Source: Octopus sinensis (taxonomy: Eukaryota). Taken from it: a DNA stretch of 64,000 nt. Made by a program: the position numbers and the translations under genes. How positions within the stretch are numbered: the first letter of the stretch is position 1; each line of letters begins with the position of its first letter. The stretch lies in NCBI RefSeq assembly GCF_006345805.1, contig NC_043023.1, forward strand, positions 14,756,001-14,820,000. The letters run 5' to 3'. The notes beneath the pieces were generated by a model, which saw only the letters and a program-made list of their open reading frames with translations, made no database searches and was not told where the DNA came from. Below are positions 37,801 to 50,887 of the stretch, in pieces.

Positions 37801-40800
37801 ATCGCTTTCGCCAACCCTGAGAGGGGAGCTGGGGCAATTGCTTCGTAGGTTGGGTTCCAGATCAGCCTTGACTGTCATCAGCCAGGTTTTCGTTGTCCAC
37901 CACATCGCTTTCGCCAACCATGAGAGGGGAGCTGGGGCAATTGCTTCGTAGGTTGGGTTCCAGATCAGCCTTGACTGTCATCAGCCAGGTTTTTTGTTGT
38001 CCACCACATCGCTTTCGCCAACAATGAGAGGAGAGCTGGGACAATTGCTTCGTAGGTTGGGTTCCAGATCAGCCTTGACTGTCATCAGCCAGGTTTTTTG
38101 TTGTCCACCACATCGCTTTCGCCAACCCTGAGAGGGGAGCTGGGGCAATTGCTTCGTAGGTTGGGTTCCAGATCAGCCTTGACTGTCATCAGCCAGGTTT
38201 TTTCGTTGTCCACATCGCTTTCGCCAACCATGAGAGGGGAGCTGGGGCAATTGCTTCGTAGGTTGGGTTCCAGATCAGCCTTGACTGTCATCAGCCAGGT
38301 TTTTCGTTGTCCACCACATCGCTTTCGCCAACCATGAGAGGGAAGCTGGGGCAATTGCTTCGTAGGTTGGGTTCCAGATCAGCCTTGACTGTCATCAGCC
38401 AGGTTTTTCGTTGTCCACCACATCGCTTTCGCCAACCATGAAGGGAAGCTGGGGCAATTGCTTCGTAGGTTGGGTTCCAGATCAGCCTTGACTGTCATCA
38501 GCCAGGTTTTTCGTTGTCCACCACCACATCGCTTTCGCCAACCATGAAGGGGAGCTGGGGCAATTGCTTCGTAGGTTGGGTTCCAGATCAGCCTTGACTG
38601 TCATCAGCCAGGTTTTTCGTTGTTCACCACATCGTCTTTCGCCAACCCTGAAGGGGAGCTGGGGCAATTGCTTCGAAGGTTGGGTTCCAGATCAGCCTTG
38701 ACTGTCATCAGCCAGGTTTTTCGTTGTCCACCACATCGCTTTCGCCAACCATGAGAGGGGAGCTGGGGCAATTGCTTCGAAGGTTGGGTTCCAGATCAGC
38801 CTTGACTGTCATCAGCCAGGATTTTTGTTGTCCACCACATCGCTTTCGCCAACCATGAGAGGGGAGCTGGGGCAATTGCTTCGAAGGTTGGGTTCCAGAT
38901 CAGCCTTGACTGTCATCAGCCAGGTTTTTCGTTGTTCACCACATCGCTTTCGCCAACCATGAGAGGGAAGCTGGGGCAATTGCTTCGTAGGTTGGGTTCC
39001 AGATCAGCCTTGACTGTCATCAGCCAGGTTTTTTGTTGTCCACCACATCGCTTTCGCCAACCATGAGAGGGGAGCTGGGGCAATTGCTTCGTAGGTTGGG
39101 TTCCAGATCAGCCTTGACTGTCATCAGCCAGGTTTTTGTTGTCCACCACATCGCTTTCGCCAACCAAGAGAGGAGAGCTGGGACAATTGCTTCATAGGTT
39201 GGGTTCCAGATCAGCCTTGACTGTCATCAGCCAGGTTTTTTGTTGTTCACCACATCGCTTTCGCCAACCATGAGAGGGAAGCTGGGGCAATTGCTTCGTA
39301 GGTTGGGTTCCAGATCAGCCTTGACTGTCATCAGCCAGGTTTTTTGTTGTCCACCACATCACTTTCGCCAACCCTGAGAGGGGAGCTGGGGCAATTGCTT
39401 CGTAGGTTGGGTTCCAGATCAGCCTTGACTGTCATCAGCCAGGTTTTTCGTTGTCCACCACATCGCTTTCGCCAACAATGAGAGGAAGCTGGGGCAATTG
39501 CTTCGTAGGTTGGGTTCCAGATCAGCCTTGACTGTCATCAGCCAGGTTTTTCGTTGTCCACCACATCGCTTTCGCCAACCATGAGAGGGAAGCTGGGGCA
39601 ATTGCTTCGTAGGTTGGGTTCCAGATCAGCCTTGACTGTCATCAGCCAGGTTTTTCGTTGTCCACCACATCGCTTTCGCCATCCTGAAGGGGAGCTGGGG
39701 CAATTGCTTCAAAGGTTGGGTTCCAGATCAGCCTTGACTGTCATCAGCCAGGTTTTTCGTTGTCCACCACATCGCTTTCGCCAACCCTGAAGGGGAGCTG
39801 GGGCAATTGCTTCGTAGGTTGGGTTCCAGATCAGCCTTGACTGTCATCAGCCAGGTTTTTCGTTGTTCACCACATCGCTTTCGCCAACCTGAAGGGGAGC
39901 TGGGGCAATTGCTTCGAAGGTTGGGTTCCAGATCAGCCTTGACTGTCATCAGCCAGGTTTTTTGTTGTCCACCACATCGCTTTCGCCAACCATGAGAGGG
40001 GAGCTGGGGCAATTGCTTCGTAGGTTGGGTTCCAGATCAGCCTTGACTGTCATCAGCCAGGTTTTTTGTTGTCCACCACATCGCTTTCGCCAACCATGAG
40101 AGGGGAGCTGGGGCAATTGCTTCGTAGGTTGGGTTCCAGATCAGCCTTGACTGTCATCAGCCAGGTTTTTTGTTGTCCACCACATCGCTTTCGCCAACCA
40201 TGAGAGGGGAGCTGGGGCAATTGCTTGGAAGGTTGGGTTCCAGATCAGCCTTGACTGTCATCAGCCAGGTTTTTCGTTGTTCACCACATCGCTTTCGCCA
40301 ACCATGAGAGGGAAGCTGGGGCAATTGCTTCGTAGGTTGGGTTCCAGATCAGCCTTGACTGTCATCAGCCAGGTTTTTCGTTGTCCACCACATCGCTTTC
40401 GCCATCCTGAAGGGGAGCTGGGGCAATTGCTTCAAAGGTTGGGTTCCAGATCAGCCTTGACTGTCATCAGCCAGGTTTTTCGTTGTCCACCACATCGCTT
40501 TCGCCAACCCTGAAGGGGAGCTGGGGCAATTGCTTCGTAGGTTGGGTTCCAGATCAGCCTTGACTGTCATCAGCCAGGTTTTTCGTTGTTCACCACATCG
40601 CTTTCGCCAACCCTGAAGGGGAGCTGGGGCAATTGCTTCGAAGGTTGGGTTCCAGATCAGCCTTGACTGTCATCAGCCAGGTTTTTTGTTGTCCACCACA
40701 TCGCTTTCGCCAACCATGAGAGGGAAGCTGGGGCAATTGCTTCGTAGGTTGGGTTCCAGATCAGCCTTGACTGTCATCAGCCAGGTTTTTTGTTGTCCAC

Positions 40801-43800
40801 CACATCGCTTTCGTCAACCATGAGAGGGGAGCTGGGGCAATTGCTTCGTAGGTTGGGTTCCAGATCAGCCTTGACTGTCATCAGCCAGGTTTTTCGTTGT
40901 CCACCACATCGCTTTCGCCAACCCTGAGAGGGGAGCTGGGGCAATTGCTTTGTAGGTTGGGTTCCAGATCAGCCTTGACTGTCATCAGCCAGGTTTTTTT
41001 GTTGTCCACCACATCGCTTTCGCCAACCATGAGAGGGGAGCTGGGGCAATTGCTTCGTAGGTTGGGTTCCAGATCAGCCTTGACTGTCATCAGCCAGGTT
41101 TTTCGTTGTCCACCACATCGCTTTCGCCAACACATGAGAGGAAGCTGGGGCAATTGCTTCGTAGGTTGGGTTCCAGATCAGCCTTGACTGTCATCAGCCA
41201 GGTTTTTTGTTCGTTGTCCACCACATCGCTTTCGCAACCATGAGAGGGAAGCTGGGGCAATTGCTTCGTAGGTTGGGTTCCAGATCAGCCTTGACTGTCA
41301 TCAGCCAGGTTTTTCGTTGTCCACCACATCGCTTTCGCCATCCTGAAGGGGAGCTGGGGCAATTGCTTCAAAGGTTGGGTTCCAGATCAGCCTTGACTGT
41401 CATCAGCCAGGTTTTTCGTTGTCCACCACATCGCTTTCGCCAACCCTGAAGGGGAGCTGGGGCAATTGCTTCGTAGGTTGGGTTCCAGATCAGCCTTGAC
41501 TGTCATCAGCCAGGTTTTTCGTTGTCCACCACATCGCTTTCGCCATCCTGAAGGGGAGCTGGGGCAATTGCTTCAAAGGTTGGGTTCCAGATCAGCCTTG
41601 ACTGTCATCAGCCAGGTTTTTCGTTGTCCACCACATCGCTTTCGCCAACCCTGAAGGGGAGCTGGGGCAATTGCTTCGTAGGTTGGGTTCCAGATCAGCC
41701 TTGACTGTCATCAGCCAGGTTTTTCGTTGTTCACCACATCGCTTTCGCCAACCCTGAAGGGGAGCTGGGGCAATTGCTTCGTAGGTTGGGTTCCAGATCA
41801 GCCTTGACTGGCATCAGCCAGGTTTTTTGTTGTCCACCACATCGCTTTCGTCAACCATGAGAGGGGAGCTGGGGCAATTGCTTCGTAGGTTGGGTTCCAG
41901 ATCAGCCTTGACTGTCATCAGCCAGGTTTTTTGTTGTCCACCACATCGCTTTCGCCAACCATGAGAGGGGAGCTGGGGCAATTGCTTCGTAGGTTGGGTT
42001 CCAGATCAGCCTTGACTGTCATCAGCCAGGTTTTTGTTGTCCACCACATCGCTTTCGCCAACCATGAGAGGGAGCTGGGGCAATTGCTTCGAAGGTTGGG
42101 TTCCAGATCAGCCTTGACTGTCATCAGCCAGGTTTTTCGTTGTTCACCACATCGCTTTCGCCAACCATGAGAGGGAAGCTGGGGCAATTGCTTCGTAGGT
42201 TGGGTTCCAGATCAGCCTTGACTGTCATCAGCCAGGTTTTTCGTTGTTCACCACATCGCTTTCGCCAACCATGAGAGGGAAGCTGGGGCAATTGCTTCGT
42301 AGGTTGGGTTCCAGATCAGCCTTGACTGTCATCAGCCAGGTTTTTCGTTGTCCACCACATCGCTTTCGCCATCCTGAAGGGGAGCTGGGGCAATTGCTTC
42401 AAAGGTTGGGTTCCAGATCAGCCTTGACTGTCATCAGCCAGGTTTTTCGTTGTCCACCACATCGCTTTCGCCAACCCTGAAGGGGAGCTGGGGCAATTGC
42501 TTCGTAGGTTGGGTTCCAGATCAGCCTTGACTGTCATCAGCCAGGTTTTTCGTTGTTCACCACATCGCTTTCGCCAACCCTGAAGGGGAGCTGGGGCAAT
42601 TGCTTCGAAGGTTGGGTTCCAGATCAGCCTTGACTGTCATCAGCCAGGTTTTTCATTGTTCACCACATCGCTTTCGCCAACCATGAGAGGGAAGCTGGGG
42701 CAATTGCTTCGTAGGTTGGGTTCCAGATCAGCCTTGACTGTCATCAGCCAGGTTTTTTGTTGTCCACCACATCGCTTTCGTCAACCATGAGAGGGGAGCT
42801 GGGGCAATTGCTTCGTAGGTTGGGTTCCAGATCAGCCTTGACTGTCATCAGCCAGGTTTTTCGTTGTCCACCACATCGCTTTCGCCAACCCTGAGAGGGG
42901 AGCTGGGGCAATTGCTTCGTAGTAGGTGGGTTCCAGATCAGCCTTGACTGTCATCAGCCAGGTTTTTGTTGTCCACCACATCGCTTTCGCCAACCATGAG
43001 AGGGGAGCTGGGGCAATTGCTTTAGGTTGGGTTCCAGATCAGCCTTGACTGTCATCAGCCAGGTTTTTCGTTGTTCACCACATCGCTTTCGCCAACCATG
43101 AGAGGGAGCTGGGGCAATTGCTTCGTAGGTTGGGTTCCAGATCAGCCTTGACTGTCATCAGCCAGGTTTTTCGTTGTTCACCACATCGCTTTCGCCAACC
43201 ATGAGAGGGAAGCTGGGCAATTGCTTCGTAGGTTGGGTTCCAGATCAGCCTTGACTGTCATCAGCCAGGTTTTTCGTTGTCCACCACATCGCTTTCGCAA
43301 TCCTGAAGGGGAGCTGGGGCAATTGCTTCAAGGTTGGGTTCCAGATCAGCCTTGACTGTCATCAGCCAGGTTTTTCGTTGTCCACCACATCGCTTTCGCC
43401 AACCCTGAGGGGAGCTGGGGCAATTGCTTCGTAGGTTGGGTTCCAGATCAGCCTTGACTGTCATCAGCCAGGTTTTTCGTTGTTCACCACATCGCTTTCG
43501 CCAACCCTGAGGGGAGCTGGGGCAATTGCTTCGAAGGTTGGGTTCCAGATCAGCCTTGACTGTCATCAGCCAGGTTTTTTGTTGTCCACCACATCGCTTT
43601 CGCCAACCATGAGAGGGGAGCTGGGGCAATTGCTTCGTAGGTTGGGTTCCAGATCAGCCTTGACTGTCATCAGCCAGGTTTTTCGTTGTCCACCACATCG
43701 CTTTCGCCAACCCTGAGAGGGGAGCTGGGGCAATTGCTTTGTAGGTTGGGTTCCAGATCAGCCTTGACTGTCATCAGCCAGGTTTTTTTGTTGTCCACCA

Positions 43801-46800
43801 CATCGCTTTCGCCAACCATGAGAGGGGAGCTGGGGCAATTGCTTCGTAGGTTGGGTTCCAGATCAGCCTTGACTGTCATCAGCCAGGTTTTTCGTTGTCC
43901 ACCACATCGCTTTCGCCAACAATGAGAGGGAAGCTGGGGCAATTGCTTCGTAGGTTGGGTTCCAGATCAGCCTTGACTGTCATCAGCCAGGTTTTTCGTT
44001 GTCCACCACATCGCTTTCGCAACCATGAGAGGGAAGCTGGGGCAATTGCTTCGTAGGTTGGGTTCCAGATCAGCCTTGACTGTCATCAGCCAGGTTTTTC
44101 GTTGTCCACCACATCGCTTTCGCCATCCTGAAGGGGAGCTGGGGCAATTGCTTCAAAGGTTGGGTTCCAGATCAGCCTTGACTGTCATCAGCCAGGTTTT
44201 TCGTTGTCCACCACATCGCTTTCGCCAACCCTGAAGGGGAGCTGGGGCAATTGCTTCGTAGGTTGGGTTCCAGATCAGCCTTGACTGTCATCAGCCAGGT
44301 TTTCGTTGTTCACCACATCGCTTTCGCCAACCTGAAGGGGAGCTGGGGCAATTGCTTCGAAGGTTGGGTTCCAGATCAGCCTTGACTGTCATCAGCCAGG
44401 TTTTTCGTTGTTCCACCACATCGCTTTCGCCAACCATGAGAGGGAAGCTGGGGCAATTGCTTCGTAGGTTGGGTTCCAGATCAGCCTTGACTGGCATCAG
44501 CCAGGTTTTTGTTGTCCACCACATCGCTTTCGTCAACCATGAGAGGGGAGCTGGGGCAATTGCTTCGTAGGTGGGTTCCAGATCAGCCTTGACTGTCATC
44601 AGCCAGGTTTTTTGTTGTCCACCACATCGCTTTCGCCAACCATGAGAGGGGAGCTGGGGCAATTGCTTCGTAGGTTGGGTTCCAGATCAGCCTTGACTGT
44701 CATCAGCCAGGATTTTTGTTGTCCACCACATCGCTTTCGCCAACCATGAGAGGGGAGCTGGGGCAATTGCTTCGAAGGTTGGGTTCCAGATCAGCCTTGA
44801 CTGTCATCAGCCAGGTTTTTCGTTGTCCACCACATCGCTTTCGCCAACCATGAGAGGGAAGCTGGGGCAATTGCTTCGTAGGTTGGGTTCCAGATCAGCC
44901 TTGACTGTCATCAGCCAGGTTTTTCGTTGTTCACCACATCGCTTTCGCCAACCATGAGAGGGAAGCTGGGGCAATTGCTTCGTAGGTTGGGTTCCAGATC
45001 AGCCTTGACTGTCATCAGCCAGGTTTTTCGTTGTCCACCACATCGCTTTCGCCATCCTGAAGGGGAGCTGGGGCAATTGCTTCGTAGGTTGGGTTCCAGA
45101 TCAGCCTTGACTGTCATCAGCCAGGTTTTTCGTTGTCCACCACATCGCTTTCGCCAACCTGAAGGGGAGCTGGGGCAATTGCTTCGTAGGTTGGGTTCCA
45201 GATCAGCCTTGACTGTCATCAGCCAGGTTTTTCGTTGTTCACCACATCGCTTTCGCCAACCCTGAAGGGGAGCTGGGGCAATTGCTTCGTAGGTTGGGTT
45301 CCAGATCAGCCTTGACTGTCATCAGCCAGGTTTTCATTGTTCACCACATCGCTTTCGCCAACCATGAGAGGAAGCTGGGGCAATTGCTTCGTAGGTTGGG
45401 TTCCAGATCAGCCTTGACTGTCATCAGCCAGGTTTTTTGTTGTCCACCACATCGCTTTCGCCAACCATGAGAGGGGAGCTGGGGCAATTGCTTCGTAGGT
45501 TGGGTTCCAGATCAGCCTTGACTGTCATCAGCCAGGTTTTTCGTTGTCCACCACATCGCTTTCGCCAACCCTGAGAGGGGAGCTGGGGCAATTGCTTCGT
45601 AGGTTGGGTTCCAGATCAGCCTTGACTGTCATCAGCCAGGTTTTTCGTTGTCCACCACATCGCTTTCGCCAACAATGAGAGGAGAGCTGGGACAATTGCT
45701 TCATAGGTTGGGTTCCAGATCAGCCTTGACTGTCATCAGCCAGGTTTTTTGTTGTTCACCACATCGCTTTCGCCAACCATGAGAGGGAAGCTGGGGCAAT
45801 TGCTTCGTAGGTTGGGTTCCAGATCAGCCTTGACTGTCATCAGCCAGGTTTTTTGTTGTCCACCACATCACTTTCGCCAACCTGAGAGGGGAGCTGGGGC
45901 AATTGCTTCGTAGGTTGGGTTCCAGATCAGCCTTGACTGTCATCAGCCAGGTTTTTCGTTGTCCACCACATCACTTTCGCCAACAATGAGAGGGAAATTG
46001 GGGCAATTGCTTCGTAAGTTGGGTTCCAGATCAGCCTTGACTGTCATCAGCCAGGTTTTTCGTTGTCCACCACATCGCTTTCGCCAACCCTGAGAGGGGA
46101 GCTGGGGCAATTGCTTCGTAGGTTGGGTTCCAGATCAGCCTTGACTGTCATCAGCCAGGTTTTTCGTTGTCCACCACATCGCTTTCGCCAACCCTGAGAG
46201 GGGAGCTGGGGCAATTGCTTCATAGGTTGGGTTCCAGATCAGCCTTGACTGTCATCAGCCAGGTTTTTCGTTGTCCACCACATCGCTTTCGCCAACCCTG
46301 AGAGGGAAGCTGGGGCAATTGCTTCGTAGGTTGGGTTCCAGATCAGCCTTGACTGTCATCAGCCAGGTTTTTCGTTGTCCACCACATCGCTTTCGCCAAC
46401 CATGAGAGGGAAGCTGGGGCAATTGCTTCGTAGGTTGGGTTCCAGATCAGCCTTGACTGTCATCAGCCAGGTTTTTCGTTGTCCACCACATCGCTTTCGC
46501 CAACCCTGAGAGGGGAGCTGGGGCAATTGCTTCGTAGGTTGGGTTCCAGATCAGCCTTGACTGTCATCAGCCAGGTTTTTCGTTGTCCACCACATCGCTT
46601 TCGCCAACCCTGAGAGGGGAGCTGGGGCAATTGCTTCTAGGTTGGGTTCCAGATCAGCCTTGACTGTCATCAGCCAGGTTTTTCGTTGTCCACCACATCA
46701 CTTTCGCCAACAATGAGAGGGAAATTGGGGCAATTGCTTCGTAAGTTGGGTTCCAGATCAGCCTTGACTGTCATCAGCCAGGTTTTTCGTTGTCCACCAC

Positions 46801-49800
46801 ATCACTTTCGCCAACAATGAGAGGGAAGCTGGGGCAATTGCTTCGTAAGTTGGGTTCCAGATCAGCCTTGACTGTCATCAGCCAGGTTTTTCGTTGTCCA
46901 CCACATCGCTTTCGCCAACAATGAGAGGGAAGCTGGGGCAATTGCTTCATAGGTTGGGTTCCAGATCAGCCTTGACTGTCATCAGCCAGGTTTTTCGTTG
47001 TCCACCACATCGCTTTCGCCAACCCTGAGAGGGGAGCTGGGGCAATTGCTTCGTAGGTTGGGTTCCAGATCAGCCTTGACTGTCATCAGCCAGGTTTTTC
47101 GTTGTCCACCACATCGCTTTCGCCAACAATGAGAGGGAAGCTGGGGCAATTGCTTCATAGGTTGGGTTCCAGATCAGCCTTGACTGTCATCAGCCAGGTT
47201 TTTCGTTGTCCACCACATCGCTTTCGCCAACAATGAGAGGGAAGCTGGGGCAATTGCTTCGTAAGTTGGGTTCCAGATCAGCCTTGACTGTCATCAGCCA
47301 GGTTTTTCGTTGTCCACCACATCACTTTCGCCAACAATGAGAGGGAAGCTGGGGCAATTGCTTCGTAGGTTGGGTTCCAGATCAGCCTTGACTGTCATCA
47401 GCCAGGTTTTTCGTTGTCCACCACATCGCTTTCGCCAACCCTGAGAGGGGAGCTGGGGCAATTGCTTCGTAGGTTGGGTTCCAGATCAGCCTTGACTGTC
47501 ATCAGCCAGGTTTTTCGTTGTCCACCACATCGCTTTCGCCAACAATGAGAGGGAAGCTGGGGCAATTGCTTCGTAGGTTGGGTTCCAGATCAGCCTTGAC
47601 TGTCATCAGCCAGGTTTTTCGTTGTCCACCACATCGCTTTCGCCAACCCTGAGAGGGGAGCTGGGGCAATTGCTAGGTTGGGTTCCAGATCAGCCTTGAC
47701 TGTCATCAGCCAGGTTTTTCGTTGTCCACCACATCGCTTTCGCAAAACCTGAGAGGGAAGCTGGGGCAATTGCTTCGTAGGTTGGGTTCCAGATCAGCCT
47801 TGACTGTCATCAGCCAGGTTTTTTGTTGTCACCACATCGCTTTCGCCAACCCTGAGAGGGGAGCTGGGGCAATTGCTTCGTAGGTTGGGTTCCAGATCAG
47901 CCTTGACTGTCATCAGCCAGGTTTTTCGTTGTCCACCACATCGCTTTCGCCAACAATGAGAGGGAAGCTGGGGCAATTGCTTCGTAGGTTGGGTTCCAGA
48001 TCAGCCTTGACTGTCATCAGCCAGGTTTTTCGTTGTCCACCACATCGCTTTCGCCAACAATGAGAGGGAAGCTGGGGCAATTGCTTCATAGGTTGGGTTC
48101 CAGATCAGCCTTGACTGTCATCAGCCAGGTTTTTCGTTGTCCACCACATCGCTTTCGCCAACCCTGAGAGGGAAGCTGGGGCAATTGCTTCATAGGTTGG
48201 GTTCCAGATCAGCCTTGACTGTCATCAGCCAGGTTTTTCGTTGTCCACCACATCACTTTCGCCAACAATGAGAGGGAAGCTGGGGCAATTGCTTCGTAGG
48301 TTGGGTTCCAGATCAGCCTTGACTGTCATCAGCCAGGTTTTTCGTTGTTCACCACATCGCTTTCGCCAACCTGAAGGGGAGCTGGGGCAATTGCTTCATA
48401 GGTTGGGTTCCAGATCAGCCTTGACTGTCATCAGCCAGGTTTTTCGTTGTCCACCACATCGCTTTCGCCAACCATGAGAGGGGAGCTGGGGCAATTGCTT
48501 CATAGGTTGGGTTCCAGATCAGCCTTGACTGTCATCAGCCAGGTTTTTCGTTGTCCACCACATCGCTTTCGCCAACCGAGAGGGGAGCTGGGGCAATTGC
48601 TTCGTAGGTGGGTTCCAGATCAGCCTTGACTGTCATCAGCCAGGTTTTTTGTTGTCCACCACATCGCTTTCGCCTACCCTGAGAGGGGAGCTGGGGCAAT
48701 TGCTTCATAGGTTGGGTTCCAGATCAGCCTTGACTGTCATCAGCCAGGTTTTTCGTTGTCCACCACATCGCTTTCGCCAACCCTGAGAGGGGAGCTGGGG
48801 CAATTGCTTCGTAGGTTGGGTTCCAGATCAGCCTTGACTGTCATCAGCCAGGTTTTTTGTTGTCCACCACATCGCTTTCGCCTACCCTGAGAGGGGAGCT
48901 GGGGCAATTGCTTCGTAGGTTGGGTTCCAGATCAGCCTTGACTGTCATCAGCCAGGTTTTTCGTTGTCCACCACATCGCTTTCGCCAACCCTGAGAGGGG
49001 AGCTGGGGCAATTGCTTCGTAGGTTGGGTTCCAGATCAGCCTTGACTGTCATCAGCCAGGTTTTTTGTTGTCCACCACATCGCTTTCGCCTACCCTGAGA
49101 GGGGAGCTGGGGCAATTGCTTCGTAGGTTGGGTTCCAGATCAGCCTTGACTGTCATCAGCCAGGTTTTTCGTTGTCCACCACATCGCTTTCGCCAACCAT
49201 GAGAGGGAAGCTGGGCAATTGCTTCGTAGGTTGGGTTCCAGATCAGCCTTGACTGTCATCAGCCAGGTTTTTCGTTGTCCACCACATCGCTTTCGCCAAC
49301 CATGAGAGGGTAGCTGGGGCAATTGCTTCCTAGGTTGGGTTCCAGATCAGCCTTGACTGTCATCAGCCTGGTTTTTCGTTGTCCACCACATCGCTTTCGC
49401 CAACCCTGAGAGGGGAGCTGGGGCAATTGCTTCGTAGGTTGGGTTCCAGATCAGCCTTGACTGTCATCAGCCAGGTTTTTCGTTGTCCACCACATCGCTT
49501 TCGCCAACAATGAGAGGGAAGCTGGGGCAATTGCTTCGTAGGTTGGGTTCCAAATCAGCCTTGACTGTCATCAGCCAGGTTTTTCGTTGTCCACCACATC
49601 GCTTTCGCCAACCCTGAGAGGGGAGCTGGGGCAATTGCTTCGTAGGTTGGGTTCCAGATCAGCCTTGACTGTCATCAGCCAGGTTTTTCGTTGTCCACCA
49701 CATCGCTTTCGCCAACCCTGAAGGGGAGGTGGGGCAATTGCTTCGTAGGTTGGGTTCCAGATCAGCCTTGACTGTTATCAGCCAGGTTTTTTGTTGTCCA

Positions 49801-49880
49801 CCACATCGCTTTTGCCAACAATAAGAGGGAAGCTGGGGTAATTGCTTCGTAGGTTGGGTTCCAGATCAGCCTTGACTGTC
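28833..49880. repeat. ~21-kb tandem array, ~200 copies of a 103-104-bp RTE-LINE-derived unit
   Basis: Unit GGTTGGGTTCCAGATCAGCCTTGACTGTCATCAGCCAGGTTTTTCGTTGTCCACCACATCGCTTTCGCCAACCCTGAGAGGGGAGCTGGGGCAATTGCTTCGTA. The minus strand reads YEAIAPAP..GWRKRCGGQRKTWLMTVKADLEPNL. Copy number estimated as length/104. Confidence 0.97.
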
Positions 49881-49882
49881 AA

Positions 49883-50115
49883 ATATCTACGGCATTTGCC
49901 GCTGGAATAGGGAGTGGTTGGAGATCATGCGGTCGTTAGCCTCAAATCGCCAGGTCTGGTCGGTGTTTGTGAGAGATGCAGCATTGAGGATGAATGAAGC
50001 CAGTTCAACCCACCCCGGGTGAATACTGTAAGAAGAAGAAGATCTACAACTACAGGAATGTCCAATAAATGGATTTTATGGAACTAGGAAGCACTGTTTA
50101 CTCTTTTACTCATAG
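49883..50115 (+). mobile_element. Right inverted-repeat arm: same RTE 3' end in opposite orientation
   Basis: Reverse complement of 28585-28825; about 15 substitutions and one 8-bp indel by manual alignment. Confidence 0.9.
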
Positions 50116-50335
50116 TTATAGATGGCGCTATATAAATTAAGAACTTGAAATTAGTTGGTCTGTATCTTTCTTTTATCTTTTATTTGTTTCAGTCATTTGA
50201 CTGTGGCCATGCTGGAGCACCACCTTTAGTTGAACAAATCAACCCTAGGACTTATTCTTTGTAAGCCTAGTAATTATTCTATCGGTTGTCAAGTGATGTT
50301 GGGGGGGACAAACACAGACACACAAACATATACAT

Positions 50336-50369
<34 letters not shown>

Positions 50370-50462
50370 TAGAAGAAATGAGGTACTCAGAAATTCGGAT
50401 GGTTTTATATTTACAGATATTTATTAGTATGTTACATGTTTTTATACATCATATAACTTAGA

Positions 50463-50563
50463 TTTGGTGTCGTTATTCTTCTGTACGGATACAACCATGT
50501 GAAGTCAATTGTTGCTTGCGAGAGAATGATTTCCCAGACATCACAGTGATGTGGCTTATCTCC
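50463..50563 (-). pseudogene. Duplicated, frameshifted copy of the ZNF gene's last finger and stop codon
   Basis: Matches ~50878-50980 (TTCTGTACGGATACAACCATGTGAAGTCAA..GTTGCTTGCGAGAGAATGA) with substitutions and a ~2-bp deletion. Confidence 0.8.
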
Positions 50564-50887
50564 CGAGTCAGCAGAAGTTCGCCATTACCTTCTACCGGAG
50601 CCACATGGAGCTTAGGTGTTTCACTCATAAACACACACATCGCTCAGTCTGAGATTCGAACCCGTGATCCCTCGACTGTGAGTCTGCTGCTCTAACCACT
50701 AGGCCATGTGCCTCCACATGACAGAAGCAATCAATGAAGATGTTTCTTTTTCGGAATCGTAATTGAACCAATCCTATGACTGGCACCCGGCAGATGCCAG
50801 GACCCCTGGACTGGTGGTACGTAAAAAGCACTATCCGAATCGTGGTCGATGCCAGCGTCGCCTCCAGTCTTATAATGTTTGGTAACA

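Noticed and set aside
29037-49322. Many 60-120 aa ORFs in the array
   Set aside because: Unit length (103-104 bp) is not a multiple of 3; the ORFs are repeat translations broken by stops.
28833-49880. CRISPR-like array (constant block plus variable segment)
   Set aside because: Variable segments are a few recurring point variants, not unique spacers. No cas genes, eukaryotic context, and the unit is LINE coding sequence.
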